Shown here: positions 41,416-51,645 of the stretch, one piece after another
Layout of the letters: each line of letters begins with the position of its first letter
Numbering within the stretch: the stretch's first letter is position 1
Source: Carpediemonas membranifera BICM
Taxonomy: Eukaryota; Protista; Fornicata
Reading direction: 5' to 3'
Assembly (NCBI GenBank): GCA_019828565.1
Contig: JAHDYR010000011.1
Location: forward strand, 195,072 to 259,071
Length of the DNA: 64,000 nt
Notes under the pieces: generated by a model
What the model saw: only the letters and a program-made list of their open reading frames with translations
Told to the model about the DNA's origin: nothing
The model's database searches: none
Translations under genes and position numbers: made by a program

Positions 41416-43968
41416 ATGCAGGACGAGAAGAAGGATGCGGCCAGTTTTTACCGCTACTTCAGCAAATTGCCTAAGATTAAGACTCTCATTCGCTTGTATG
41501 ATCGCGGATCCTGTTATTGCGCCTACGGCAACGATGCCGACGTTGTGAGTACCGCCCAAGGCCGTGCGGGCGAGAACCTTCCTACCCTAGACTGTGATAA
41601 GGGCCGCACACTCAAACGTATCACCATAGGGACGGGAGCCCTCCTTCCCCTCCTCCAATCCATCATCTTCGAGATGCGCCTCTCTGTTGAGATCCTGGTC
41701 CAAGATAAGAAGCTCAAGAGCTGGGTAACAGACAAGCGGGCTACTCCAGGCAACATCCAGGCCTTTGAGGATGTCCTGTCGCCCCCGTCTAGTGGAGCTG
41801 TCAGTGCGGCCATCTCAGTCACACCAGACTTCAGCGTTTCCATCGCCCACGTCGACGCAACCAACAGGGACATAGGAACCACTCAGTTCGCTGACGGCCA
41901 CCAGCTGGCCACATTGGCCGCTCTCCTGACTCGCCTCTCTGTCTCCGAGGCATTCATCTCATCCACGGAGTCCCCCGAGCACCAAAGGCTCGGTCACGTT
42001 CTCCAGCTGTCCGACGTGGTCATCAGGAGAGTCGACCCAGCTCTGTTCACCACCAAACTCGCAGACTCCGCCCTTGAAGTCGTGACTCGACTCACTGGCA
42101 CCCCGCACCCATTCCTCACCGCCCCGCACATGATCATGCCACTCGTACGGAACATGGCACTCGACCAGTGGGACGATGCTACCGCTCATATAGTTCCTGT
42201 GCCACTCGAGGGAATCATGGCGCTGGACGCTGCGGTATGCAGAGCACTTGACCTCCTGCCCTCCGCACAAAAGGGGCCCGAGCCTGGATCGCTCTTTGCT
42301 CTGCTCAAGGCCCACACTAGTGGCCCCGATGGACGTTACACACTCGCTAACTGGATTAGACAACCGTTGGTAGATTCGGAGATCATCAACAAGCGTCTAG
42401 ATGTCGTCGAAGAGCTTGCAAGCAGGGTGGACCTACTAGACATGATCTGCGGTTCCATTAAGAAGGTATCTGCTCTTGGTACCATTGCAAATCGGATGGG
42501 GCGCCGCACAACTACGCTCAAGGACACTGTCAAGTTGTACCAGAGCCTGCAGCACTGCCAGGCAGTGTGCGATGTCATCACGGATGCCGGTCTAGTCAAT
42601 CTTTCAGATATGTTCAAATCTACCCTCGAGCAATCACTTGATCAAGCAAACAATCTTGAGGCTTTGATCGAAAAGACCGTCGACTTCAAGGCGCTCAGCC
42701 GGCACGAATATCAACTGAACCCGGCCTTCGACACGACTCTCAGCCAGCTAGAGAAAGACCAGCGCCGGCTTTACGGGAAGATGGAGGGCGTCGGCCGTTC
42801 TGTCGCTGGCGAGATTGGCGTCAAGTCAGAAAAAGTCAAACTCGAGTTCAAGGCCGGCCTTGGATATCATCTTCGTATCAGCCGGACCGATGAGAAGAAG
42901 CTGAGATCATCAGATGTGTCGGGTGTCACTGTGCTCGAAGCCAGGTCGACTGGTGTTAGATTTGAGACAAATCGACTCAGACGGTCAAGTCAAGAGTACG
43001 CGTCGGTCAGCGCCAAGTACAGCAAGGCTCAGAAGGCGCTGCTTGCCAAGGTGATGGGTGTAATCCACGAGTATCACTCGACTGTGAAGACTCTGGCGAG
43101 CACCATCGGCCAGCTTGATGTTCTCGCGGCCTTCGCCACATACTCCATCCGTACCGCCACCACTCGCCCCGTGCTTGTTGCCGATGACCGCGTGCTTGAC
43201 CTGACTGACGGGCGTCATCCTCTGTTGGACGCCATGCCAGACCTGGACTATGTCCCCTCGACCGCGAGACTTACTGGAAGTCGGCTGGCTGTGATTACTG
43301 GCTGTAACATGGGCGGCAAGTCTACTTTCCTCCGGATGTCCGGAATGCTCACCGTAATGGCCCAGATCGGCTGTCCCGTTCCCGCGGCCCAGTTTACTCT
43401 CTCTCCCCGCAGTAGGCTCTTTGTTCGTGTAGGCGCGAGTGATAACCTCGTCAAGGGCCTCTCGACCTTCATGGCCGAGATGGTCGACTTGGCAACCATC
43501 CTCGAGGGAGCGAACCGCGACGCGCTCATTCTTATCGACGAGCTAGGCCGAGGCACCTCCACTTCTGACGGTTACGGACTTTGCAGATCGGTGTCAGAGC
43601 ATCTCGTGACTGCTGATATCGGCCAGACCCTGTTTGTCACCCATTTCCACGACCTTTGCACACTTGAACGCGATATGCCTGATAGGGTAGTCAACCTCAA
43701 GGCAGAGTCGAGGCTGACTGAATCCGGCCTCGTGCTCCTCCACCGCATCGTCCCTGGCCAGGCGAGCAACTCTCTCGGCATCCATGTGGCTAAACTTGCA
43801 CGCTGGCCCGATCGCGTCATTGCGATGGCCGAGGAGACACTCGATAGGACCAAGCTTGCAGACTCGTCGGCGGTGGAGCAGAAGATGGCGAAGCTGGAGG
43901 ATCGGGCGGCGCTTGAGGTGATTCGTTCAGGTGACATCGATCAGATGCGGAAGATTCTCGAGATTTGA
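41416..43968 (+). CDS. MSH2: DNA mismatch repair protein MSH2
   Basis: IRLYDRGSCY, WIRQPL, TGCNMGGKSTF, STFMAEM, DELGRGTST, THFH. Confidence 0.9.
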   Translation: MQDEKKDAASFYRYFSKLPKIKTLIRLYDRGSCYCAYGNDADVVSTAQGRAGENLPTLDCDKGRTLKRITIGTGALLPLLQSIIFEMRLSVEILVQDKKLKSWVTDKRATPGNIQAFEDVLSPPSSGAVSAAISVTPDFSVSIAHVDATNRDIGTTQFADGHQLATLAALLTRLSVSEAFISSTESPEHQRLGHVLQLSDVVIRRVDPALFTTKLADSALEVVTRLTGTPHPFLTAPHMIMPLVRNMALDQWDDATAHIVPVPLEGIMALDAAVCRALDLLPSAQKGPEPGSLFALLKAHTSGPDGRYTLANWIRQPLVDSEIINKRLDVVEELASRVDLLDMICGSIKKVSALGTIANRMGRRTTTLKDTVKLYQSLQHCQAVCDVITDAGLVNLSDMFKSTLEQSLDQANNLEALIEKTVDFKALSRHEYQLNPAFDTTLSQLEKDQRRLYGKMEGVGRSVAGEIGVKSEKVKLEFKAGLGYHLRISRTDEKKLRSSDVSGVTVLEARSTGVRFETNRLRRSSQEYASVSAKYSKAQKALLAKVMGVIHEYHSTVKTLASTIGQLDVLAAFATYSIRTATTRPVLVADDRVLDLTDGRHPLLDAMPDLDYVPSTARLTGSRLAVITGCNMGGKSTFLRMSGMLTVMAQIGCPVPAAQFTLSPRSRLFVRVGASDNLVKGLSTFMAEMVDLATILEGANRDALILIDELGRGTSTSDGYGLCRSVSEHLVTADIGQTLFVTHFHDLCTLERDMPDRVVNLKAESRLTESGLVLLHRIVPGQASNSLGIHVAKLARWPDRVIAMAEETLDRTKLADSSAVEQKMAKLEDRAALEVIRSGDIDQMRKILEI

Positions 43969-44052
43969 TTAGTGAGGCCCATTATGAACAGTGAATAAAG
44001 CGATACATTACCAATCTAGACTCGATCTCTTTAATTACTATACACCTCTCAT

Positions 44053-47000
44053 CTACACTGGAGTTGGCTGGTAGTCATGCTCGTCATCCCACCTCTTGAG
44101 CGTCGTCTTGGGTGTGACGCCGCCCTCGTCCTCGTCGGGCGTCAACCAGTCCTCGTCGTCGCTATCATCTGCTATGAGTGGTGTGTCTGGAACAACTAGG
44201 CTTGGCGTGCCGTATTCAGTGAACTCTGGCAGGGGTAAATCCATCAGATCTGTGTCATCGAGGACGAGATCATTCAGACCGCCGTTGTCTGCGGGTCTGG
44301 CTGGAACTGCGATTGGGCTTTCGGCGACGGGCGAGACAGTTGCAGCGTGGGCCATCATGTCGAGAACACCAAGAGCAGCAGCGCCGACCTCGTCGCCCGA
44401 AGCCACGAGCTTCAGGACAACTGGGATGGCTGTAGCGGGGCAGACCGCAGCGGGAGGCAGCAGAAGTGCTCTGAGGAGCCTGAGTGGAGCCACAGGGCTG
44501 GGGGAGTACTCAACGACAGTGACAAGCGCCTCAGCAGCGATGGTAGTGATTGCTGGATCAGAGCACAATGGCCGGCGACAATCTCTTATAAATTCATCGG
44601 GATCGAACACTGCTGTCGGTTCAATGTATCTCCGGAGCAGCCGCGAGAGAAGACGGAGACCAGGGACGTCGTACTGGGCCGCGAGGGATGATGCGAGGAC
44701 GAATAGACCCTGTGCAGCGACAGAAGGGGGCCTGCCCGACTCAGAAGAACAGGGTGCGCCTCGGAGCGAGCGGTAGACAGCCCGAGCTGGCTCCTCGAGG
44801 GAGCGGAGGAGGTCTGGGAGCAGCACGGCGAGTGCAGCGATGCCTCGATCAGGCTGGGGCCCGAAGAGACTGTCATCTGCAGGTAGTGAGCCGAGCGATG
44901 CGATCAAATGCGCTGATGTTACCCGTGGTGTCGCAGCATGGGCTTTGATTACGGTGAGTAAGAGCCCGCAGCCCCACTTGGGGATGACTGCATGGTCTGG
45001 TCGGACCGACGAGAGCACGGCGGATACTGTGGGCCAGTCGAGCAGGTCTAGCAGACGAACGAGGACGGCTAAGGCTTCAGGGAGGTCGATGAGGTCAACG
45101 CAGTGCCAGAAGAGCTCGGGATAGAGCGCCGCGGGAGGGTCATGGGCCAAGAGCACGCGTGCGGCAGCCAGGGCATGTGGCGTGGCTCCGTTGCGTGGCC
45201 TGGCAAGCAGAGCGATGATGCAGTCGGCCGTGACGGCAGCGCTCGGCCTCAGCACAGTGACAGCCTTAGCAAACGTGTCGATGAGTCCGATGCATCTTGC
45301 CTCGTCGTTAGTGGCGACCGCTGTCTGCAGCAACAACTCGGCCCACTTATCTGGAGGCGACAGCAGGTCGAGCACGAGATCAGTGGGCACGTCCTGGTCG
45401 CTGAGGATGGCGTCAATGAGGCTGCCGCTGACCGCGCAGACGTGGGAGTGTCCCGACTGGAGCAAGAAGACGAGCGTCCGTCTGTGCACTTTAGCGTTGG
45501 GTCCGGTAAGCCCAGCGAATACGATGAGGAGGATATCCGCGAGCCTGCGGTGTGTGTGCGCGTGGTCGGCTTGAACAACAGCGGAGAGGAGATACGAGGC
45601 GTTCGACTCCTCTGCAACGTTAGGGATACAGCGGGCAATGACCGCGTCGAGGACGCGAGCCGAGGCAGCAGGCTCAGCCGGTACGGCTGCCAGTACATTT
45701 CCAAGGAGCACTGGGGTAGGGGGGAGCTTGACCAGGTCTGGAATGACAACTGCGGCGTCTTCCGGGTCTGTCAGACACATCTGCAGGAGTCGGGCAGCAG
45801 CAGGGACCTCGCATAGCACCGTGAGGAGTGACAGCCGAAGCTCAGCGTTGATTCGACGAACTCTGGCATGCGGAAGCTGTCGTGCCCCGAAGAGACAGAG
45901 CGTGTCCAGGGCGGGGGAGCCAGAGCGATGGGCACAGGGCAAGGCCGTGAGCACCGCAGCCGTAGTTAGCGGGATCCGGACGGCGTCCAGGACAGTATAT
46001 ACCGCGTCGACGATTGCTGCGCCCAGAGAGGTTCGGAGAGGCCCCATCGCTGTCACCGGGATGGCCTGCATCGGTGGGACCCCGTCCATGAGCGCGCCAG
46101 TGGTGGGATCGGTTCGGAGGCGGGCGTCTGCGTCGTAGAGAATATCGAGGCCAAGAGATGCAAGCTTGTCGTCTGCTACAGCGGCGAGGGAGGCGCCTAG
46201 CATGAGCATAAGAGGCAGTGTCGCTCTGTCAACTCGACACCGCTTATAAAGCGCGTCCGCAGCAGCCGGTAGCAGATCCACTGGTAGGTCCCATATCGTC
46301 TCCAGCAGCAGCGGCAGTTTTTCCTTGCTGCACCTTCTGACCACTACCGGTACGAACCCCAGTGCGAGTCTGGGGTCAGCTGGGGGAAGCACTGGTCTCC
46401 AACCCGGTGGAGCAGTATACGTTGCAATAGCCATGGCAGACTCGGGTGAGTCATGGAAGATGCCGCGGCCGACCTCGAGCAGGTCTTTAGGTAGAATAGG
46501 GGCAACAGTGGTGAGCTGCGATGCTGCGGCCACTGCGTCTAAGAGGACGACACGGAGGTGGGCCCAGTTATTGCCGATCAGAGCCATGGAAAGCACGGTC
46601 ATCACCGCTAGGAACTGGGCGCATCGACGGGCACAGCCTGGGACTGAGTCGCGAATGTGGGTGAACAGGTCATCGGGCACGCTCATAACTGAAGTCAGAC
46701 TGACTTGAAGCACGGAGAACGCGACTACCTCGGGTGTGGGCCGACTCATATCTGCCAGCTCGCAAGCGTAGGAGTGGACGCTGACGACTAGATGGCCTGG
46801 CAGACCCAGGACTGAATCGCCGTCGGCCGGGCGACATATGGGGGGTAGGATGGGTGTGCCAGCAGTAAGTGCTTCAAACACCATGACTGCAAAGGGAAGT
46901 CGGTCCGCTGGGTGGACCCACGAGACAACGGCGAGGGCGTCGGGGCGACATGCGGTAAGAGAGGGGAGGAGGCGCTCGAGGAGGAGGCCCGAGACGTACG

Positions 47001-49095
47001 GATGGGCGTCCGGGGCAGGGGAGTCTGCGTTGTCGAACACGGCGTCGTCGAGGGCACGGGGATGAACTCGTATTGCTTGGGCGACTGCGGGGTACTTCCA
47101 TAGTGCGGGCATAAGTGCTCCAAACAGCCTTAGAAGGGGAACAGCGCTTGGTGCCATGGGACCGTGTTTCGTCTGGGCTGTAGCAGCAATAACGGCGGGG
47201 GCGGCGAGTTGGAATGGCTCAGGGTGGACGTCTACTGCTCTGGCGAGAGAGTCGGCAGTAACACCACCACCGAGGAGGTCTGATAGCCTTGGGCCGTGGT
47301 TGCCTGGCGTGGCGCGGGTCACCGCGAGCAGAGCCTCTGCCGCGGCGGTTGCCGTGGCGGGTGGATGGACGAGGAAAGGGAGGAGCGACGCCTCGAGCTT
47401 GACTGCGACCACGTGGCCAAGTGTGATCGGCGTGGGGGTGTCAAGGCATTGGGTGAGGCAGTTCATCAATCTGAGCGCCGCTGACGTCGGCTCTGGCAGC
47501 TGCAGGGCCTGAGCGAGTCTGGCCGCAGAGATGGTCCAAATCGAGTCTGCGATGGCAGCCATGACATCAACGTCGCCGAATAATGCTAGGAGTGGGGTGG
47601 CAGCACATCGTTTGGCAAGAAGGGGCTGGAACCGGATGCAGCGGGTGAGAGCGTCAGTGGCAGTCTGGGACTCCGCATCGGTGCCGGTCTCTATGAAGTC
47701 CATGACGATGGAGACGAAGGACGGGACGGCCTGTATGTCGTCAAGGGGCATTAGTAGCGGCGCGTGGTGGCAGATTTCAACCGCTGCGGCCCTGTCTTCC
47801 ACCACAGCTTCCCACATCCGAGCAATGAGCGGTGCTCTCGCTGAATCTGGGACAATCTCGGACGGGTCGACCTTGATTCGGGTGAGAAGCACAAGTTCGA
47901 TCATTGATGTGACGTCCCTATGATCGCGAGTATGTCTACTTCGGGGCGGCGAGGTTTCGTCGAGCTCTGGAAGCTCGCCGTTGTCAACCATAGTCTGCAT
48001 CGCCTTGGCAAGGATCTGAAACACCTCGACAGCTCTTCCCTTGTCCAGCATGGGGAGAAGCAGCTCAACGTGCGCCACTCTTGGGGCTGTGAGTAGCAGC
48101 TCGGATCCAAACCTCGAGAGGGGGCCTGGCCCTTGGTCCAAGAGCACCTTGATACCCTCGCTGAGACGACGCCGTGCCTCAGGGCTGGAGTCGGGCTCCG
48201 TGCATGCCTCAGCCAGTGGAAGGAGGACGGCGCGGAGTGTCTCGACGGCCCGTTCGGGTGTGAACCGGGTAGTTGCCTTCACCACCTTCTTGAACGGCAG
48301 TGTAGTGTTGATAGTAATCCTGCTTAGGGCAGCAACTAAGGGAAGAGCCCACTCGCTCTTGCTGACAAGCTTCCAGGTTTGTGAGAGAAGCCTGGTGTCC
48401 TCAAAGAGCTCACCCATATCGCCCAGAGCATCCGCGATGTGTGCGGCGGGCTGGAGGAGGGGTCTGCGGTGATTTGACCGTGCTGTCGCTATGAGGACGG
48501 CGAGGAGCCGATATGCAGCCCCTACTGCTTCGTCCGTGGCTGCAACGTGCACTTTAAGCTCCTTAGAGATTGAACTGATAATCTTGGGCTTCAGTGAATC
48601 CATGGTGAGGAACGTCTGCAGCCGCTGGGCAATATCGGGCAAGTGATGGCGGGAGAGTGCGTTAATGAGGCCCATGTAAACGGGTACAAGTGGATGAGCG
48701 GCCTCTGACTGGAGAGTTGAGAAGGCGTCGGACACCATGGCCATCACTGCGTCGATTGGGAGGTCGGAGCCGTTGTATTCTTGGAGTACTTCGGCCAGGA
48801 GACGAGTGGCGACGTAATGAATGACCATGGCCGGCGTGCTGGTTGATGCTTCGTCCTGGTCGTGCGTGAGGGTGGTGATCATGGTGGAACTGAGGCTCAC
48901 GAGGGTGTTGACGACGAGAGTGATGTCGTGGCGTGAAAGGACGCATATTGATGGTGAGAGCAAATCGATGCCGTCGATTGCGGCCGTAATTCTCTCGTCG
49001 ATGTTTGTCTTAGACTCTGTCGTGTCATCGTTGGGGAACAACGTGGCTATGGGGTCGTCGAATGATTGCTGGCTAAATAACGTCGGGAAAAACAA
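44053..49095 (-). CDS. Large alpha-solenoid protein, probable Furry/Tao3/Mor2 scaffold
   Basis: 1680 aa, Leu/Ala-rich and helical. PELFWHCVDLI...ALAVLVRLLDLL resembles the Mor2-PAG1 C-terminal motif. Confidence 0.5.
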   Translation of the reverse strand: MFFPTLFSQQSFDDPIATLFPNDDTTESKTNIDERITAAIDGIDLLSPSICVLSRHDITLVVNTLVSLSSTMITTLTHDQDEASTSTPAMVIHYVATRLLAEVLQEYNGSDLPIDAVMAMVSDAFSTLQSEAAHPLVPVYMGLINALSRHHLPDIAQRLQTFLTMDSLKPKIISSISKELKVHVAATDEAVGAAYRLLAVLIATARSNHRRPLLQPAAHIADALGDMGELFEDTRLLSQTWKLVSKSEWALPLVAALSRITINTTLPFKKVVKATTRFTPERAVETLRAVLLPLAEACTEPDSSPEARRRLSEGIKVLLDQGPGPLSRFGSELLLTAPRVAHVELLLPMLDKGRAVEVFQILAKAMQTMVDNGELPELDETSPPRSRHTRDHRDVTSMIELVLLTRIKVDPSEIVPDSARAPLIARMWEAVVEDRAAAVEICHHAPLLMPLDDIQAVPSFVSIVMDFIETGTDAESQTATDALTRCIRFQPLLAKRCAATPLLALFGDVDVMAAIADSIWTISAARLAQALQLPEPTSAALRLMNCLTQCLDTPTPITLGHVVAVKLEASLLPFLVHPPATATAAAEALLAVTRATPGNHGPRLSDLLGGGVTADSLARAVDVHPEPFQLAAPAVIAATAQTKHGPMAPSAVPLLRLFGALMPALWKYPAVAQAIRVHPRALDDAVFDNADSPAPDAHPYVSGLLLERLLPSLTACRPDALAVVSWVHPADRLPFAVMVFEALTAGTPILPPICRPADGDSVLGLPGHLVVSVHSYACELADMSRPTPEVVAFSVLQVSLTSVMSVPDDLFTHIRDSVPGCARRCAQFLAVMTVLSMALIGNNWAHLRVVLLDAVAAASQLTTVAPILPKDLLEVGRGIFHDSPESAMAIATYTAPPGWRPVLPPADPRLALGFVPVVVRRCSKEKLPLLLETIWDLPVDLLPAAADALYKRCRVDRATLPLMLMLGASLAAVADDKLASLGLDILYDADARLRTDPTTGALMDGVPPMQAIPVTAMGPLRTSLGAAIVDAVYTVLDAVRIPLTTAAVLTALPCAHRSGSPALDTLCLFGARQLPHARVRRINAELRLSLLTVLCEVPAAARLLQMCLTDPEDAAVVIPDLVKLPPTPVLLGNVLAAVPAEPAASARVLDAVIARCIPNVAEESNASYLLSAVVQADHAHTHRRLADILLIVFAGLTGPNAKVHRRTLVFLLQSGHSHVCAVSGSLIDAILSDQDVPTDLVLDLLSPPDKWAELLLQTAVATNDEARCIGLIDTFAKAVTVLRPSAAVTADCIIALLARPRNGATPHALAAARVLLAHDPPAALYPELFWHCVDLIDLPEALAVLVRLLDLLDWPTVSAVLSSVRPDHAVIPKWGCGLLLTVIKAHAATPRVTSAHLIASLGSLPADDSLFGPQPDRGIAALAVLLPDLLRSLEEPARAVYRSLRGAPCSSESGRPPSVAAQGLFVLASSLAAQYDVPGLRLLSRLLRRYIEPTAVFDPDEFIRDCRRPLCSDPAITTIAAEALVTVVEYSPSPVAPLRLLRALLLPPAAVCPATAIPVVLKLVASGDEVGAAALGVLDMMAHAATVSPVAESPIAVPARPADNGGLNDLVLDDTDLMDLPLPEFTEYGTPSLVVPDTPLIADDSDDEDWLTPDEDEGGVTPKTTLKRWDDEHDYQPTPV

Positions 49096-49336
49096 ACAGT
49101 GGAGATCAGAGGGACAATAGTCTCGATCAATGCTTGCAGTTCAGCAAAGATCTGTTCAGTCGCTTGGTGTAAAACTGTCGTTGCTGCTCTGAGGCCGTTT
49201 TGGGCGGCCGATCGTTTTCGTTCGGTGCAGTTTAGGATCGGTCAGATTTGTGACGATATGGCCGGTAAAGGTTGGTTTAAAGGTGGGCGGAAGCGCAGGC
49301 GACTAACCATTCCGCCATAACTAGCATCCTACAGTC

Positions 49337-51358
49337 ATGAAAACGCGTCTTCCTCGGTCTTCCGACTTCTTTCAAAGCGCACTGTTTTCGACCAAGACCA
49401 CTCCCCGGGTCAATCACGCCAGCGAGCTCAGCCGTGACCATCCAACGAAGCGGCTGGGAGTTTTGGAGTCCAAACCAACTGCATGTCTTCTCCCAACTTC
49501 CCACTTGACGACCATGAAACCTGGTGGGAATAAGTTATCAAAGCGGGAAATTAAGCGTGATCTTATGACTATCAACGCTCTTATGGGCAAGAACTGTGAA
49601 GTCAGCAGCTACCGCAAGCTGGGCTCCTCAGCCTCGACCAATACAAGCAATCTCGCCAAGGGACTGGAGGAAGCGTGCAATTCTATGCAAAGACGCATAG
49701 AAAGTGACGATTCGCCCACCGATCGCGATTCTAACAAGCCATGCACCACCTCGTTCTTCCCCACGTTGTGCGACCTGATTCGTCTCTCTGCAAGCTCTTC
49801 AAAGATCCTCCAAGACGTCCCAGGCGATGTCCCAGGCCTCATCAACCGTGCTATCTTCTCCGTTGCCGAGGCAATGATTACGTATGATTCTTATGACCAT
49901 TCCCCCGCGACCCTCGATCTTTCCGAGCTCATGAAAAGTACGCTCGCGTCTACAGAGCCGTTCAACCACAACAAACACATCGCAAAGATGCAGCGGCTGC
50001 TCGACAGGGCGCAGCAGTACGTAGAGATACTCGAATCCCCCGCTGCCCCCGCCCTTTCCGGCGCCGCGGCCCTCCACAACCTCCCCGACGGCCCTATGCT
50101 CGTTCTACTGTACAGATGCGAGACCAAGGCAGCTTGGTTCTGCATGCGTCGCTTCCCAGCTCTGCTGGCCGCCTCCACGGGAGGAGTCCTCTCAGCAGAG
50201 ACTGGAACCAATGAGTTCACGGTTGTTTCCCACAGATTGCTCGTTACAGGCCCTAACGCATGCTTTCAGCACGCTTGTAGTGACATTCCCGAGGACGGAA
50301 GCGCCACACTCGTTCGGGGCCTGCCACCAGTCATGTGTGTCAACCCATTTCCGGTCGAGGATCATCCAGGCTGCGTGTCAGTGTTCGCTACGACGGCCGA
50401 CGGGCTCTACGCATGGGGTGCCAACCCTAAAGGGATTCTTGGAGTTGTCACACAGCCGCCTGTGGTCAAAAATCCCCGTAAGATCGAGCTAGATTCACCA
50501 TATCCGTGTGAACAGATTCTTCGCTCTCAGTCTGCCACGTTCTTCTTCGTCGGCGGAGAGTGGTTCGCTGCCGGTCAAAATTCAGCCTGCTGTCTCGGAA
50601 CCAAGTCAACCGAGCCGACCGTCACTCCCCCCCAACGTATCCACGGATGTCCGCACTCCGTAGCCGGCTTCTACTCGTTCAGTGACAGTGCAGGAAACGG
50701 CGTAACATTCGCGATTACCACGAGTCGAACTAATCCCGTCATGGCATGTGGGAGCAACGAGCTTGGCCAGCTAGGCGTTGGAACGCAGGAATCGGTGACA
50801 GAGTTCAAGTCTGTGGTTCTCCCTCGGCATGTTGGGATTACGGAAGTCGCATGTATTAAGATTGCGGGTCGGCTCGCAGTGACAATCTTCTTTTCTGATG
50901 ACAATAGGTTGTTTGTCTCTGGTCATAATCCGGCACATATGATCTTCCCAACAGATTCGGAGTTCCTCATCACGCCTCAGGAAATTCCTTTCGATCTCAC
51001 TGGCTGTTTTGTCTACCGAAGCCCGCGTATCACCGGCCCTCGCCAAGGCATCGTTTACTCAGGTCGAGACGTTGATCAACCATCTCACAACATTATGCAT
51101 GTGGCGCAGGGGGCGGATACCGGTGATTTCCAGACCAAGCCGAGTTGCCATGGCCCAGGCTGGGAGGTCTTCGCTATTCCTGCGCAGTTTAACACAGTCG
51201 AATTCTTCGGACTCGGGCTCTTTGCCATTCGTACCCGTCTGGGCGATGAGTTGTGGGATCTGAGTCCGACTGAGGGTCCTGGGGCGCTGTGCTCCATTCA
51301 CGGCCAGCTCTACATGTCGTCGCAGAGGCGGGAAGGGATTCCTGCGCCTGACATGTGA
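49337..51358 (+). CDS. RCC1/BLIP-II-like repeat protein
   Basis: GLYAWGANPKGILG, FAAGQNSACCLG, ACGSNELGQLGVG, LFVSGHN. Start uncertain. Confidence 0.75.
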   Translation: MKTRLPRSSDFFQSALFSTKTTPRVNHASELSRDHPTKRLGVLESKPTACLLPTSHLTTMKPGGNKLSKREIKRDLMTINALMGKNCEVSSYRKLGSSASTNTSNLAKGLEEACNSMQRRIESDDSPTDRDSNKPCTTSFFPTLCDLIRLSASSSKILQDVPGDVPGLINRAIFSVAEAMITYDSYDHSPATLDLSELMKSTLASTEPFNHNKHIAKMQRLLDRAQQYVEILESPAAPALSGAAALHNLPDGPMLVLLYRCETKAAWFCMRRFPALLAASTGGVLSAETGTNEFTVVSHRLLVTGPNACFQHACSDIPEDGSATLVRGLPPVMCVNPFPVEDHPGCVSVFATTADGLYAWGANPKGILGVVTQPPVVKNPRKIELDSPYPCEQILRSQSATFFFVGGEWFAAGQNSACCLGTKSTEPTVTPPQRIHGCPHSVAGFYSFSDSAGNGVTFAITTSRTNPVMACGSNELGQLGVGTQESVTEFKSVVLPRHVGITEVACIKIAGRLAVTIFFSDDNRLFVSGHNPAHMIFPTDSEFLITPQEIPFDLTGCFVYRSPRITGPRQGIVYSGRDVDQPSHNIMHVAQGADTGDFQTKPSCHGPGWEVFAIPAQFNTVEFFGLGLFAIRTRLGDELWDLSPTEGPGALCSIHGQLYMSSQRREGIPAPDM

Positions 51359-51645
51359 ATGGGGTGCGTGCGTTGTGTTTGAAGGATTTATTTTTGCTTT
51401 TATTATCGCAGTAAACGCGTTCGTTGTCTTGATAGGTCGTGGGTGGATATCGAGCGTGGGTCTGAACGGAACAACGAGAATTAGTAATGATGCTGTGCCA
51501 GGATACCAAGGCGTCGTCGAGACGAACAATTGAACGTAATATCGGGTGAGTTTGCCAAGTCTCGACCGAAGAGAAAAAACAAACAAGCTTCGTAGGTCGA
51601 CTCAACCGCCGACTCAACTCATACCATCACAATTCAATCATTTAC

